Shown: one piece after another, positions 44,030-57,649 of the stretch
Numbering within the stretch: the stretch's first letter is position 1
How the letters are laid out: each line of letters begins with the position of its first letter
NCBI GenBank assembly: GCA_951406725.2
Contig: OX597832.1
Coordinates: 20,708,001-20,772,000, forward strand
Direction of reading: 5' to 3'
Source of the DNA: Octopus vulgaris
Lineage: Eukaryota
DNA: 64,000 bases
Position numbers and translations under genes: made by a program
The notes under the pieces: model-generated
What the model was told of the DNA's origin: nothing
Database searches by the model: none
Seen by the model: the letters and a program-made list of their open reading frames with translations, nothing else

Positions 44030-44508
44030 TATTTTTTTACTGCCTACTAGGGGGCTGCACAGAGAGGGGTCAAACAAGGACAGACAAACGGATCAAGTCG
44101 TATATATCGACCCCAGTGCGTAACTGGTACTTATTTAATCGAAGGCAGCGAGCTGGCAGAAACATTCGCATGCCGGATGAAATGCTTAGCGGCATTTCGT
44201 CTGTCGTTACATTGTGAGTTCGAATTCCGCCGAGGATGACTTTGCCTTTCATCCTTTCGGTGCCGATAAATTAAGTACCAGTTCCGCACTGAGGTCGATG
44301 TAATCGACTTAATACCTTTTGTCCTTGTTTGTCCCCTCTATGTTAAGCCCCTTGTGTGTAATAAAGAAATAGGTACTTATTTAATCGACCCCAAGAAGAT
44401 GAAATGCAAAGTCGACATCGGCGGAATTTGAACTCAGAACGTATCAGCAGACGAAACACGGCAAAGCATTTCGCCCGGCGTGCTAAAGTTTCTGCCAGCT
44501 CGCCGCCT
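44030..44508 (-). mobile_element. SINE family D host copy interrupted by a nested copy
   Basis: The tail at 44030-44142 and head at 44372-44508 join into one element across the duplicated ggtacttatttaatcga. Confidence 0.88.
44143..44371 (+). mobile_element. SINE family D copy nested antisense in another family D copy
   Basis: Full head-to-tail copy flanked by a 17-bp direct repeat (44126-44142 and 44372-44388). Confidence 0.9.
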
Positions 44509-44796
44509 TTAGCTTCGCTTCTGATTACCAAAGACCATCGCAGAAAGGCATTTGAAATTTATTCATAAAAAAACAAAACACTATGAACTAATTATAGGTC
44601 TTAAATGAGTTATTCATTTAAAAACACAAAACTGTGTGTAGACACGATCAAAACTAAACAATGACGCACTCACAAACATACACACACACACATGTTTGAC
44701 GCTGACGACGATGACTGCAGAGATGATGATGCTGACGACGCTGACGACGCTGATTGCGGAGCTGATGAAGATGACGTCGACAACGGCAGCAGCATT

Positions 44797-44962
44797 GGAG
44801 GCGCAATGGCCCACTGGTTAGGGAAGCGGACTCGCGGTCATAAGAACGCGGTTTCCATTCCCAGACCGAGCATTGTGAGTGTCTATTGCTCCGGCTCCGG
44901 CGGGGGGGGGTAGTGAACCCCTCTGTACTCTTTCACCACAACTTTCTCTTACTCTTTCCTCC
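44797..44962 (+). mobile_element. SINE family C 5' part
   Basis: ggaggcgcaatggcccactggttaggg...actcgcggtc...ctgtactctttcaccacaactttctc. Confidence 0.8.
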
Positions 44963-45243
44963 ACAGAGCAAAGGACCCATGGTGTAACCCATTATGGTAT
45001 GGTAAACTTTCAGACCCTAGTCTAGATTGTGAATGCTCTGTACTCAAGGATGGTTCAGCTCTCCACCCGTTAAAAGCCACCGATTACGGACTGAGGATAA
45101 CAACGTAGCTTTCGCACCCGTGCAACCGCCAGTCTATCGCGTGTGGTGGGTGGATCTTCAAGTTGCCACACGCATTCTTAGTAGCTTAGAGTAGGCTCGA
45201 ATTAGAGATTATTCTTTGTGGCTAATGGTGTGAGTCCTGATTG

Positions 45244-45675
45244 GAAGAAGAAGAAGAAGAAGAAAAAAAAGAAGAAGGAGGAGGAGGAGGTGGAGGAGGT
45301 GGAGGTGGGGGTGAAGGAGGAGGAGGAGGAGGTGGAGGAGGAGGAGGAGGAGGTGGAGGTGGAGGTGGGGACGAAGAAGAAGAAGAGAAAGAACAAGAAC
45401 AAGAACAAGAAGGAGGAGAAGAACGAGAAGAAGAAGAAAGAGGAGGAGGAGGAGAAGAGAAAGAACAAGAACAAGAACAAGAAGGAGGAGAAGAACGAGA
45501 AGAAGAAGAAAGAGGAGGAGGAGAAGAAGAAGAAGAAGAAGAAGAAGAAGAAAGAAAGAGGGGAAGAAGAAAATGATGAAGAAGAAAAAGAAGAAGAAGA
45601 AGAAGAAGAAGAAGAAGAAGAAGAAGAAGAAGAAGAAGAAGAAGAAGAAGACGACGACGACGACGACAACGACAG
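45244..45675. repeat. (GAA)/(GGA)/(GAC) purine-rich block with a roughly 69-bp internal tandem duplication
   Basis: The segment gagaaagaacaagaacaagaacaagaaggaggagaagaacgag occurs twice. Confidence 0.9.
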
Positions 45676-46049
45676 CAAAATCGGAGACCGAGGAGGATAA
45701 TAACGACAATAAGAGGCACTTCTCTACGACCACACTTTCGAATCTAAAGACGACATCCACATTCACGCTGGCCTATTTTATTACCTTTTTTTCTTTTAAA
45801 TTTCTATTTGTACCTTTTCCTATCGTTTCCTTCCGTTAGTTTAACTCTCTTCTGGGTTTTTTTTATTTTACTTTCATATTTTTTTACGTATTTTGTATTT
45901 TTATATCTTATTTTAATTTCAGTATTTTTTTTTTACCTGTATTTTATTATCTATCGAAATATTTATTAATTCAATTCACACACCTTTAAGACAAGATTAT
46001 ATACACGCTTTATATGTAGAAGTTACATACGTGCTTTTCCTTTAATTAT

Positions 46050-46069
46050 TTTTATTATTATTGTTATTG

Positions 46070-46110
<41 letters not shown>

Positions 46111-46245
46111 GTTGTTGTTGTTGTTGTTATTATTATTATTATCATCATCAATGTTCTTTTTATTATTATTATATTATTGTTGTTGTTGTTGTTGTTGTTG
46201 TTGTTATTATTATTATTATTATTATTATCATCATCATCATTGTTC

Positions 46246-46309
<64 letters not shown>

Positions 46310-46326
46310 CATCATCATCATTCTTC

Positions 46327-46384
<58 letters not shown>

Positions 46385-46494
46385 CATCATCATTATCATT
46401 ATTATTATTATTATTTTCATCATCATAATCATCACCTTTATTATCATTATTATTATTATTGTTATTATTATTATTATTAGTATTATCATTATTA

Positions 46495-46583
<89 letters not shown>

Positions 46584-46680
46584 ATTATTATCATCATCAT
46601 CATTGTTCTTTTTCTTATTATTATTATTTTCATCATCATAATCATCATCTTTATTATCATTATTATTATGGATTATTATT
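46050..46680. repeat. Compound (TAT)/(CAT)/(TGT) microsatellite
   Basis: Directly visible. Confidence 0.95.
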
Positions 46681-47162
46681 CAAAAATATCCACAGCAGGT
46701 GATATTTTATTAAATTTTAATTTTGGTCTCGTTTTCATTGAGTTCACTGTAGATTTATTTATACAATTTTTAAATTAATTATCCTGACACACACATTGAG
46801 ACACACACACACACACATACATACATACATGCGTACATACATACATATATGCATATATACATGCATAAAAACACGCACTCAGACACACGCACATTACAAG
46901 CGGTCTCTCATTTTCTTTCACCTCCTCACTCTCCCTCACGCAAAGACATGCCTATAAACAGAAATACACACGTATATAATTAAATATGTGGATGTATATG
47001 TATGTACGTATATATATATATATATATACATATTTATATATATATTTATATATATATATATATTTATATATGTATATATATATGTATATATATATATTTA
47101 TATATATATATATATGTATATATATATACTTATATATATATATTCATATTTATATATATATG

Positions 47163-47208
<46 letters not shown>

Positions 47209-47510
47209 CATACGTATGTATTTATATGTAATATTTTGTTGACATTTATGATTAATAATTATTTATATTTTTTACTAATATCATTACGATTGTTTTTATT
47301 AATATTTCATTATTCGTATTGCTGTTGTCATTATTATAATACATTTTTTGCTTTGTTTTTTGTTTTGTTTTGTTTTTTTCTAGATGTTGCTGATGTTGTT
47401 AATTATGAAAAGTTCAGTTTCCGGTTTCATTTGTTTAACCATGCGATAAAGAAAATTGTAGTAATTAACTTAAATCATGTATAAACAAAATGATAACAAT
47501 TACAATGATG

Positions 47511-47595
<85 letters not shown>

Positions 47596-47839
47596 TGATG
47601 ATGATGATGATGATGATGATAATAATAATAATAATTAACACATAATAACAAATAATAATAATACCATAATAATAATAATAATGATGATGATGATGATGAT
47701 GATGATATATGATGATATATATATATATATATATATATACATCGCGATATAACATAAACGACATATATATATATACATATTACCATATACTGTACATACT
47801 ATATATATATCATATATATATATATATATTTATATATAC

Positions 47840-47900
<61 letters not shown>

Positions 47901-47901
47901 C

Positions 47902-47955
<54 letters not shown>

Positions 47956-48497
47956 ATATATATATGTATATGGTTATTTATATTTATATATATACAAGGG
48001 TATAGGGTGTTACCGTGTCTGAGTGTGCGAACAATAGTTTGGATATTGTGAAACGTTTCTGAGCTTTGTAATAATTTTTTTATATAGTTTTGTTCCCCAT
48101 CAGTTTTTGTCTTTCATTTTAGTTGTTGTTGCTGTTGTTGTTGCTCTGTTGTTGTTGCTTCATTTAAAGTTGTTACGTGTGAGATAATTTTATTAACATT
48201 TTATATCACGATTCTCTAGCCTTTATATAATTCCCTCTAGAGAGACCATATAGAGTTGTAATTGTTGTGTTAATAGTCAACAATGGCAAGAAGATATGTT
48301 GTAACATACATTTTTGTATGTTAACTACGGCTGTGTATGGCATGCCAGTGTGTGACTGTGAATGAGAATTCATTTCTAACTTCATTAATTTCATTGAGCC
48401 TCGATATATATATATATCTGTGTATATATGTACATATACATGTATTTATATATGTATGTATATATACATGCTTGTATGTATGCATGTACCTATGGAC

Positions 48498-48535
<38 letters not shown>

Positions 48536-49632
48536 AGACACATTAAAGGTAATTAAGTTATATGTATTTATATGTATATACATGTGTATGTATAAATGTA
48601 TATGTCAGTGTGTGTATGTGTAAGTTTAGGTGTATTTGTGTGTACTGAATGGGTATATATGTATATGTGTGTGTGTATATATATGTATGTGTGTATATAT
48701 TTATATATGTGTATGTGTGTAAGTGTAGGTGTATTTGTGTGCACTGTTTGTGTATATATGCATATATATGTATGTATATGCACATATATATGTATATATG
48801 TATGTTTGTGTGTGTCACTGTGTATGTAAATGCTCGTATGTTTCCATGAGTCTGCGCATATCTACGTGTGCGTGTCTTTTTCTGTGTTTGTGTGCGTATA
48901 CGTGTGTATCTCCATGCAGGCGTTCATGCTTGTGTGTATATGTGTGTGAGAGTGTGTGTGTGTAAGTGTGTGTCTGCGTGCGCGTGCGTGTGCGTGTGTA
49001 CAAGCCAGCGTGTAACTGACATTCATTGCACAAATATATTCAACCTTTTTCTGTCTTGAATCACGTCTTTGTCATATGAGAAAACCAGTGGTGTTTTATG
49101 AACAAAAAACCCCAGACTTACTGAATTAAAGATCAACTTGAAAATATGTCAGTGTATCAAGTCTACTTCGTATTCTATAAGTTTTAATCTTTTGCAAATC
49201 TGTACAAATGCTGTGATTACTTTAAAATATTAACTTGAGATAGAAACGGAAAAAAAATATTATAACATATCATTGTAAGATATGAATTGTTGAATGTGGA
49301 TATGGAGGAAGGGATGAAGGTAGAGTGGGGTGTGTGGTTTGGGGAGGAATATGAGGATAATGGAATGGAGTTATTATTGGTATACGTCCATTTGTAATTA
49401 CGTCAGCAATAATTTAAAGCATTCGATGACACACGTAAACACTTGAACTCATAAACACACGAGTATACAAACACACTCTCTTCGAGTACACACATATGTG
49501 TATGTATGTGAGCTTCTTTGTGAAAGAGAGAGAGAGAGCGAGAGGTGAGAGATAGAGTTTAGAAAAAAGCATATAGCAAAATAAAGCATATATAAGCAAA
49601 TCTAAAATTTCATATAGGATATTTATACTCTC

Positions 49633-49666
<34 letters not shown>

Positions 49667-50620
49667 GCTCGCTCTCTATCTATCTATCTACCTCTCTCCC
49701 TTTCCTTATCAATTTATCTATCTATCTATCTCCGCAGTGCTTTCTTGTCATTGGGATATTCACTTTGATGAGCCAACTCACATGATCCAAGACTCCCAGA
49801 TAGTTCGCCAAAACTAGTGTGAGAAAAAGCACCCACTTTATATCGTGGACTTCAATCTGTACATGAATATTTGAAATAACCTGGAACAACTATTGAGCGA
49901 TAGAGCAGAATATCCATGAAGGATATTCGCAAGAACGTTAAGATAAATATATGTGCAGTTTTAATTAGGAAGATAAACCGAAAGTTTAAACCTGTGAGTA
50001 TAAAATTATAAGAAGGTGATATCATTATATTGCTGAAAAATAATGAAGAGTGCATGTACGGCTTGTATCGCTGGAGAACGAGGAAATGTAAAGAGAAATG
50101 AAAGGGAAGGAATCCAAAATGTAAAGCGTTTACAAAGGTGCACGAAACAAAATAAAATGGAGGAAACATAATCAAAATTATGAATATAGTGGCCATGCTT
50201 GTTGCTCTTTTGAGCAACTGGTACCGTAAAAGTATTAACATGAACCACTTATTAAGGAGAAGAGGAAGCAGTGAATTCATAAAGGCAGAAGACGCTAATA
50301 ATGTTACGATTTTGGTTCATGAAAAATGTGTTGTGAAAAACGATGAACGCTAATTATGAGTGGCTTGAAACGTCGAAGTCCTTGAAAGAGTTCAAGTGCG
50401 GAGAAAAGAATCACAGGACAAATTGTTGTAATGTCAGTGAAGTCTATGGTCTGTTCATACTACAAAGCGTTGGTTTTTGAAAGTAAATGTCGTTGATAGA
50501 AGCTGACAGATGGAAACAGGTAACCTTGAAATACTGAATTGTGAGTTATAGGCGCTCAGAAGAAAGCCTTTAGAACGAATTTGATAAAGACCATGATTCA
50601 TGAAGGAAAACAAATTATAA

Positions 50621-50784
50621 GGCTTTGGAGTGGCTATGTGGTAAGTAGCTTGCTTACGAACCACATGGTACCGGGTTCAGTCCCACTGCGTAGCACCTTG
50701 GGCAAGTATCTTCTACTACAGCCTCGGTCCGACCAAAGCCTTGTGAGTTGATTTGGTAGACGGAAACTGAAGGAAGCCCATCGT

Positions 50785-50842
<58 letters not shown>

Positions 50843-51087
50843 GTGTGTGTGTGTGTGGATATGTTTATGTTTCTGTGTTTGTCCCCCCACAACACCACTT
50901 GACAACCGATGCTGGTGTGTTTACGTCCCAGTAACTTAGTGGTTCGGCAAAAGAGTCCGATAGAATAAGTACTAGGCTTACAAAGAATAAGTCCTGGGGT
51001 CGATTTCCTCGACTAAAGGCAGTGCTCCAGCATGGCCACAGTCAAATAACTGAAACAAGTAAAAGAGTAAAAGAGAGTAAAAAGAGT
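50621..51087 (+). mobile_element. SINE family A, full length
   Basis: ggagtggctatgtggtaagtagc...gcaccttgggcaagt...(TA)n(TG)n...ctggggtcgatttcctcgact...aaaagagtaaaagag. Confidence 0.93.
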
Positions 51088-51324
51088 TAGAGCGCAAATG
51101 AAGAATGTTTAGAAAAGACAGAAAAAAATATTCAAGAGTTCCCGAACGACTGCTGTAAACTAGCACATGGAATGTATAAATGTAAGCATGGCTGTGTGAA
51201 GAATATAACACACTGGATGCTAACCACGTGTACGGAATTGATGCGATACAAAAGTGGTTTGAACCTGAACCGGAGGCTAGGGCGGTAAATGGTAACTGTA
51301 GAGGTTTCTCTTATAATGATTGTA

Positions 51325-51889
51325 TAGGGTTGTCCGGAAAATTCGGGCCGATTTATAGTAGCTTACCTTTCGCCTGATTTTAGAACATGGTTAAGTCTAT
51401 AAAATAGGATTTGACTACACCTCCATTTGGAGCACAGTTTAAGCTATCTTTTCGAGGAAGAAGGTTTATGTTCCCATAACCTGTGTTAATTCTGTGACCT
51501 TTAAAATAGAAGATAAGAAAGTTCATTTTCAGCACTTGATACTTTGCGAACCAGACAAAAATTGCTGCAGCTCGGCTGGGATGTGTTACCCCATCCTCCA
51601 TATTCACCAGGTATTGCTCTTTCCGATTTCCACTTATTCAGGTCTCTGCAGAATAATCTTAATGGTAAAAATTTCAATTCCTTGGATGACGTAAAAAGAT
51701 ACCTTGATGAATTCTTTCCCATGAAACCACCTTAATTCTGGGAAGAAGGTATTTTCAAGTTAAAGGAAAGATGGAGACGCATTGTGCAACAAAATGGTTC
51801 ATATTTGGTTGATTAAAAATGTAATGGCAAGAATTTATTGACCTTTTTCTTTCCTTTAAAAATCGGCCCGAACTTTCCAGACAACCCTA
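51325..51889 (+). mobile_element. Internally deleted mariner transposon with intact TIRs and TA target duplication
   Basis: TIRs tagggttgtccggaaaattcgggccgattt and aaatcggcccgaactttccagacaacccta, with TA on each side. The N-terminal remnant IEDKKVHFQHL is fused to the C-terminus LGWDVLPHPPYSPGIALSDFHLFRSLQN...RWRRIVQQNGSY (YSPDLAPSD motif). Confidence 0.93.
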
Positions 51890-52389
51890 TACTATTACAG
51901 ACACAGCCCCTGCTAGATATATGTGGAGGCAGAATATATATAAAAACATAAATATATGATCATAGATTTTGTACACCTGTATGATAGTAAAATAGATGTT
52001 TAAGGGAAGAGTCAAATTACAACCGGGAAATCATGTTTCTATAACAATGGCGGTGTTGGTGCTCTTCGCTCTGGACATTCAGGTGAAACAATAAAACGGT
52101 GATAGACATAGTTAGAGGATTTTTTTCAAAAGCAATAAAGGGAGCATACGCTGAAATATGTCAATGAAAATATTTTGGTTAATGTGGTGGATAATTTTTG
52201 TCAGGACTGTCAAAACTGGGTGGAGGTGGGGGTTGGAGATAACATCTAAAGAATGTATCGGTCTCAACGGGAGGTGATGTATCGATGAAGTGGATGGAGA
52301 AATTGGTGAAATACCTGTTTCTGGGAAAATCGGAATCTAGAGTCTAGAGGGAGAGGAATAGATGAGGAAGAGGCGGGGGAGTAATAGAA

Positions 52390-52640
52390 AGGAAGAAGAA
52401 GGAAGTGAAGAATTTAGAAAAGAAGAAGAAGAAGAAGAAGAAGAAGAAGAAGAAGAAGAAGAAGAAGAAGAATTTAGAAGAAGAAGAAGAAGAAGAAAAG
52501 AAGAATTTAGAAGAAAAAGAAGAAGAAGAAGAAGAAGAAGAAGAAGAAGAAGAAGAAGAAGAAGAAGAAGAAGAAGAAGAAGAAGAAGAAGAAGAAAGAA
52601 GAAGAAAGAAGAAGAAGAAGAAGAAGAAGAAGAAGAAGAA

Positions 52641-52687
<47 letters not shown>

Positions 52688-52855
52688 AGAAGAAGAAGAA
52701 GAAGAAGAAGAAGAAGAAGAAGAAGAAGAAGAAGAAGAAGAAGAAGAAGAAGAAGAAGAAGAAGAAGAAAGAACAAGAACAAAGACAAGAAGAACAAGAA
52801 CAACAAGAAAAAGAAGAAAAAGAAATAAAAGAACAAGAAAAAAACAAGAACAAGA
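52390..52855. repeat. (GAA)n microsatellite
   Basis: Directly visible. Source of the poly-E/K/R ORFs. Confidence 0.97.
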
Positions 52856-53872
52856 CGATGACGGTGATGGTGAAGAATGATGATGATGATGTTGATGATG
52901 ACGATAATGACGATAGTGGCGTTGATAATGATGATGTACAAAAGGCCTAGAAAAATATGTCCTTATTTTTTTTGTATACAGATAGCTTTAGGATCATTTT
53001 GTGTATCAGAGAACCGAGCTGATGTGGTTGTTGAGAGAAGCGGAGAGGATCGTAGCTCGTAAATATTCGCGGTTGTCACTGGCCCAGGTCTATGTCACAT
53101 CTCTAACTTATAACTACACACCATGAACGATGGATATTTCATTCACCTCCTGCGCAGAGATCAAATTATTTCAAGAAAGTTACTTGGACAGTTAATTTCC
53201 TGATGTCAATGAGATAAATCACCCGCTAATGGATGTACCTGACAAGAGAAAAACTCAGGCAATCGATTCTGCTTTTTGAATACTGATATTTGATAAATAT
53301 GTTCTCACTTACCTACAAGTGTTTACAGAAACTCACTCAGGCACACGCACACACAAACACTTAAACACACACTCACACACACACAAACACATACACAGGC
53401 ACACATACACATATATGGACACGTATCTATGCACAAATGTATATGTGTGTATATATTATATTATATTGTATTATATTACGTATACTTTTATCCCTTTATG
53501 CGCTTCAGCCGAAAAGCTGTGGCCATGCTTGAGTACCGCCAGTGTAATCACCTTTTCAATGGTCATTCTTAAGCGATTGGCTTTCGGTGAATGTGGGGGT
53601 TCGATACTGCTACCCTCTTTTGAGTTTCCTACTGTGATGTAGGTGCATCTGGATACGTTGGACAGAGGAGGCCAAGTTGTTTTTTTTTCTCAACTTTTAC
53701 TTTACTCCATGTTGATCCCTCAGATATTTTCGCAAGGTACCAAATAACTATGGGACTTTGAATGCCAATCTGCTGCGGTACTTGGCCCTAATTCTGGATG
53801 CGATAGCTAGGATATTTCGAACAGTGTAGTGACGTCCAATACTTGGACTGATATAGCTCTCAATGCCAAACA

Positions 53873-54300
53873 CAGACGAAATACCTATTTCTTTACTACC
53901 CACAAGGGGCTAAAGACAGAGAGGACAAATAAGGACAGACAAACGGATTAAAACGATTATATCGACCGCAGTGTGTAACTGGTACTTATTTAATCGACCC
54001 CGAAAGGATGACAGGCAAGGTCGACCTCGGCGGAATTTGAACTAAGAACGTAACGGCAGACGAAATACCTATTTCTTTACTACCCACAAGGGGCTAAACA
54101 CAGAGGGGACAAACAAGGACAGACAAACGGATTAAGTCGATTATATCGACCCCAGTGTGTAACTGGTACTTATTTAATCGACCCCGAAAGGATGACAGGC
54201 AAAGTCGACCTCCGCGGAATTTGAACTCAGAACGTAGCGGCAGACGAAATACTGCTAAGCATTTCGCCCGGCGTGCTAACGTTTCTACCATCTCGCCGCC
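53873..54300 (-). mobile_element. SINE family D with head followed by 2+ tandem 184-bp body units
   Basis: cagacgaaatac occurs at 53873, 54057 and 54241. A single head lies at 54253-54300. Confidence 0.92.
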
Positions 54301-54970
54301 TTTCTTCTTGCCATATTGCACCACCGAGCAAGGACTCGTTCGTTATGCTGTCAGTGCGTTAATGCAGTCTGTTGCTAATTACATAAAATTTTGAGTAAGC
54401 ATCCCAATGGTGGCGTGCTAAACACTACAAACAGCAATATGATTTAAAATTAACAACCGTATTTATTTATTTATTCATTTATTTATTCTCCTAGTGTTGA
54501 ATTCTGAGCGAAAATTGTGGATTAGTTATTAACAGGAGCTTTAATCAAATTGAAAGTGACTTCAAAAAGGAATGGTTTATTATATCTGACAACTCATCCA
54601 GACAGGATACGATCAATTAATTTATACATTTCATGAGAAGAAATCAATCAATATATTTATATGGATATCTATCTTTCTGTCTGTCTGTACGTCAGTCTAT
54701 GTATTCATTCTACATCCATCAGTTTTGCATTGCTCATATATATACATACATATGTGTGTGTGTGCGCCTGTGCGTGTGTGTATACATATATATACACATG
54801 GATAGCTCTATATATACATATATATATATATGTATACGTATTCATATATATAGATATATACACATATAAATATATATATATATATATGTGTATGTGTTTA
54901 CATATTCATATATATAGATATATACATATATAAATACACAATTATATCATGTCATAACGTGATAGACACA

Positions 54971-55002
<32 letters not shown>

Positions 55003-55036
55003 TACACACACACACACACACACAAACATATATATA

Positions 55037-55425
55037 GGTGCAAGCGTGGTTTTGGTAAGAATCCTGCTTCCAAACTACATAGTTCCAGTTTCGGATCCAC
55101 TCTCTTGCACCTTGAGTGTCTTGTAGTATAGATTCAGGCTGACCGAAGCATTGTCTATAGAATTGGTGAACGGAAACTGAAAGAAGCCCGTCCTTTATAT
55201 CTGTTAATATGCGTGACTTTTTGTGTATGTTTGTACCCCATTACCGCATAACAATTAGTGTCGGTTTGTTTATGTACCCATAACTTAACTGTCCAGCAAA
55301 AGAAATCGATAGAATAAGAACAAGGCTTTACAAAAACAATTATTACAATAATTACTCGGATCGATTCGTTCGACTAAAATTATACAAGCCGGGTCCTCCA
55401 GCTTGGCCGCAATCTAATGACTGAA
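55037..55425 (+). mobile_element. SINE family A, diverged full-length copy
   Basis: ggtgcaagcgtggtt...cggaaactgaaagaagcccg...gatagaataag...tggccgcaatctaatgactgaa. Confidence 0.8.
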
Positions 55426-55920
55426 GAGTGGCTGTGCGTTTAGAAGATTAAGTGGGACTGAACCTGGAACCACATGTTTCCGGGTTCAGTCCCACTGCGA
55501 GGCATCTTGAGAAAGTGTCTTCTACTATAGCCTCAGGCCGACCAAAGCCTTGTGAGAGGGTTTGGGAGACAAAAACTGAAAGAAACCCGCCAAAAGAAGA
55601 AAAGACGAAAACAGGTGTATAAAGAACAAATAGGTGTATTAGTTTAACGCTCGGGAAGGTGAGAAAGTCTTTAACGTTTCGTGCCTACGCTCTTCAACAG
55701 AAAAGAACACGAGAAAATAAACAGAGGGAATAAAAAAAGAAAGCTTTAGGAGCTAGCGGTCTGTGTGAGTGTGTATGTGTGTGTATGTGTGTGTGTATAT
55801 GTTTGTGTATGTATGTTACATAGAATAAGTACTGGGGTCGATCTGTTCGACTAATGGTGATGCTCCAGCATGGCCACAGTCAAATGACTGAAACTAGTAA
55901 ATGAATTAATGAATAAAGAA
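55426..55920 (+). mobile_element. Rearranged SINE family A copy hosting an HHR-like element
   Basis: 5' half at 55426-55590, insert at 55591-55760, tail resumes at about 55820 (atagaataagtactggggtcgat...gactgaaac). Confidence 0.75.
55591..55760 (-). mobile_element. Short element with variant HHR-like motif (55669-55704)
   Basis: Minus strand: tttt-CTGTTGA-a-GAGC-gtag-GCAC-GAAACGTT-aaag. Homologous to 59020-59200. Confidence 0.7.
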
Positions 55921-57300
55921 TACACGCACACACACACACACACAGACACACACACATATATATATATATATATGAGGATAAACCTCATATCCCTCTCAGG
56001 CAAACCATTTTCTCTTCAAACGTGGTTGTGTGTTTGTCGTATATTGCGAGGATAACACATGGATACCACAAGTGAAATCTAGATTCGTGTAATCGAAACA
56101 TTTCTTCACTAACAGAACTCTTTAAATTCAATCAGAAATAGAAATTTGTTAAATACTTAAATGGATGAATCTCTAAGACATCCTTTAACTCATACGTTTA
56201 TATTTACTCCCGAAGGTGCGCAGTCTAAAGGGTGCCTTGTTGATATTATGTGAGGCCGTATGTTCGATTCCTGCGATAAAATGGACATCAACCGATTAAT
56301 GGTAAACCCCGCTATTTCTCTAATTCTCACATCCCTGATGTTTTCTGGCTGCGATTCTAGAGGGCCGAGCGGCTGTTTATGTCATGCTCGCTACTGGATA
56401 TGCACAAGGGCATAGCTAGAAATTGTGTCGCCCGCAACAGCCCTTGACTTAGCTGCACACGTCTCTGTACCGCTCTATACAGTAGATCAAAAATCGCAGC
56501 CACCAGTATTTTCTCACGAGGGTCGCTAATGCATACACACCAGAAGCATATAACAAATGCACAGTACATACGCCCATGTTACACCCACTAGTAAATAATT
56601 GTGACAGTCACCTTACAATAAAACTCTTGGACATGCTGATATTTCGGAGACTGTTTCTTCAAAAAGTGTCAAAAAATGGCAGTTTTTTTATTTTAACTTC
56701 ACCATAAGTCACACCACGCCATGCGCAATTAAATACAAGTTGCCAGGAAGAACGGTCGAAAGGAGCCGAAAAATTTATTTACAAACAAGCTTGCTTTCTT
56801 TCAGTTTCGTCTCGTTCGTTTCCATAATCTAATCTGATATTCTAGCCAATCTTGTTGATGTTAATGAACGCTAAGAGATATATTATTTCATAATATCTTA
56901 CAGATATTGATCGAATGAACGTCTCACTTATCATCCGGGTCATATTGACAAATCTGTCTGCGATTGCCTTGCAGAATATATTTACACATGATAAAATTCG
57001 ATAACAAGAAAAGATTCAACTGTATCTTCGTAGAGTTATGTTGTTTCCTGAAATGATAGATAGCTTCAATTCTTAATCAATGAACACAAATTCGAGATGC
57101 GACAAGTTTTAATATCAGATTCTATTGATTTTGCAATTAAGAGCGAGGCAATTATATAATAAATATACGCTATCGTGAGAAACTAAATACAGCAACTCTG
57201 TATTGCTAACACGTTATTTATCCACTTGGGAGAGATGGAAAGACGGAATCGATGCGAAAGTCTTAGAACTCTAATTTACTAAAACACACACACATATACA

Positions 57301-57404
<104 letters not shown>

Positions 57405-57521
57405 TAGATACATATATTTGAGTGTATGTGTGTGTATATATATATATGTTTGTATGTATGTATATATATATGTATATATATGTATATATATATATACATA
57501 TATATACACACATATATATAT

Positions 57522-57552
<31 letters not shown>

Positions 57553-57557
57553 AATAT

Positions 57558-57606
<49 letters not shown>

Positions 57607-57649
57607 CACATAGAGAGGGTGAGATACAGGGAAGGGAGATATACAGCCA

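Noticed and set aside
45218-45700. Acidic/basic low-complexity protein ORF
   Set aside because: Pure GAA/GGA repeat, open in several frames on both strands.
48018-48064. Possible hammerhead (acaata/tattgt stem followed by gaaacgtt)
   Set aside because: The CUGANGA box and stem I are not recognisable.
53873-54300. CRISPR-like repeat-spacer array
   Set aside because: The units are full tandem copies with no unique spacers, the context is eukaryotic and there are no cas genes.
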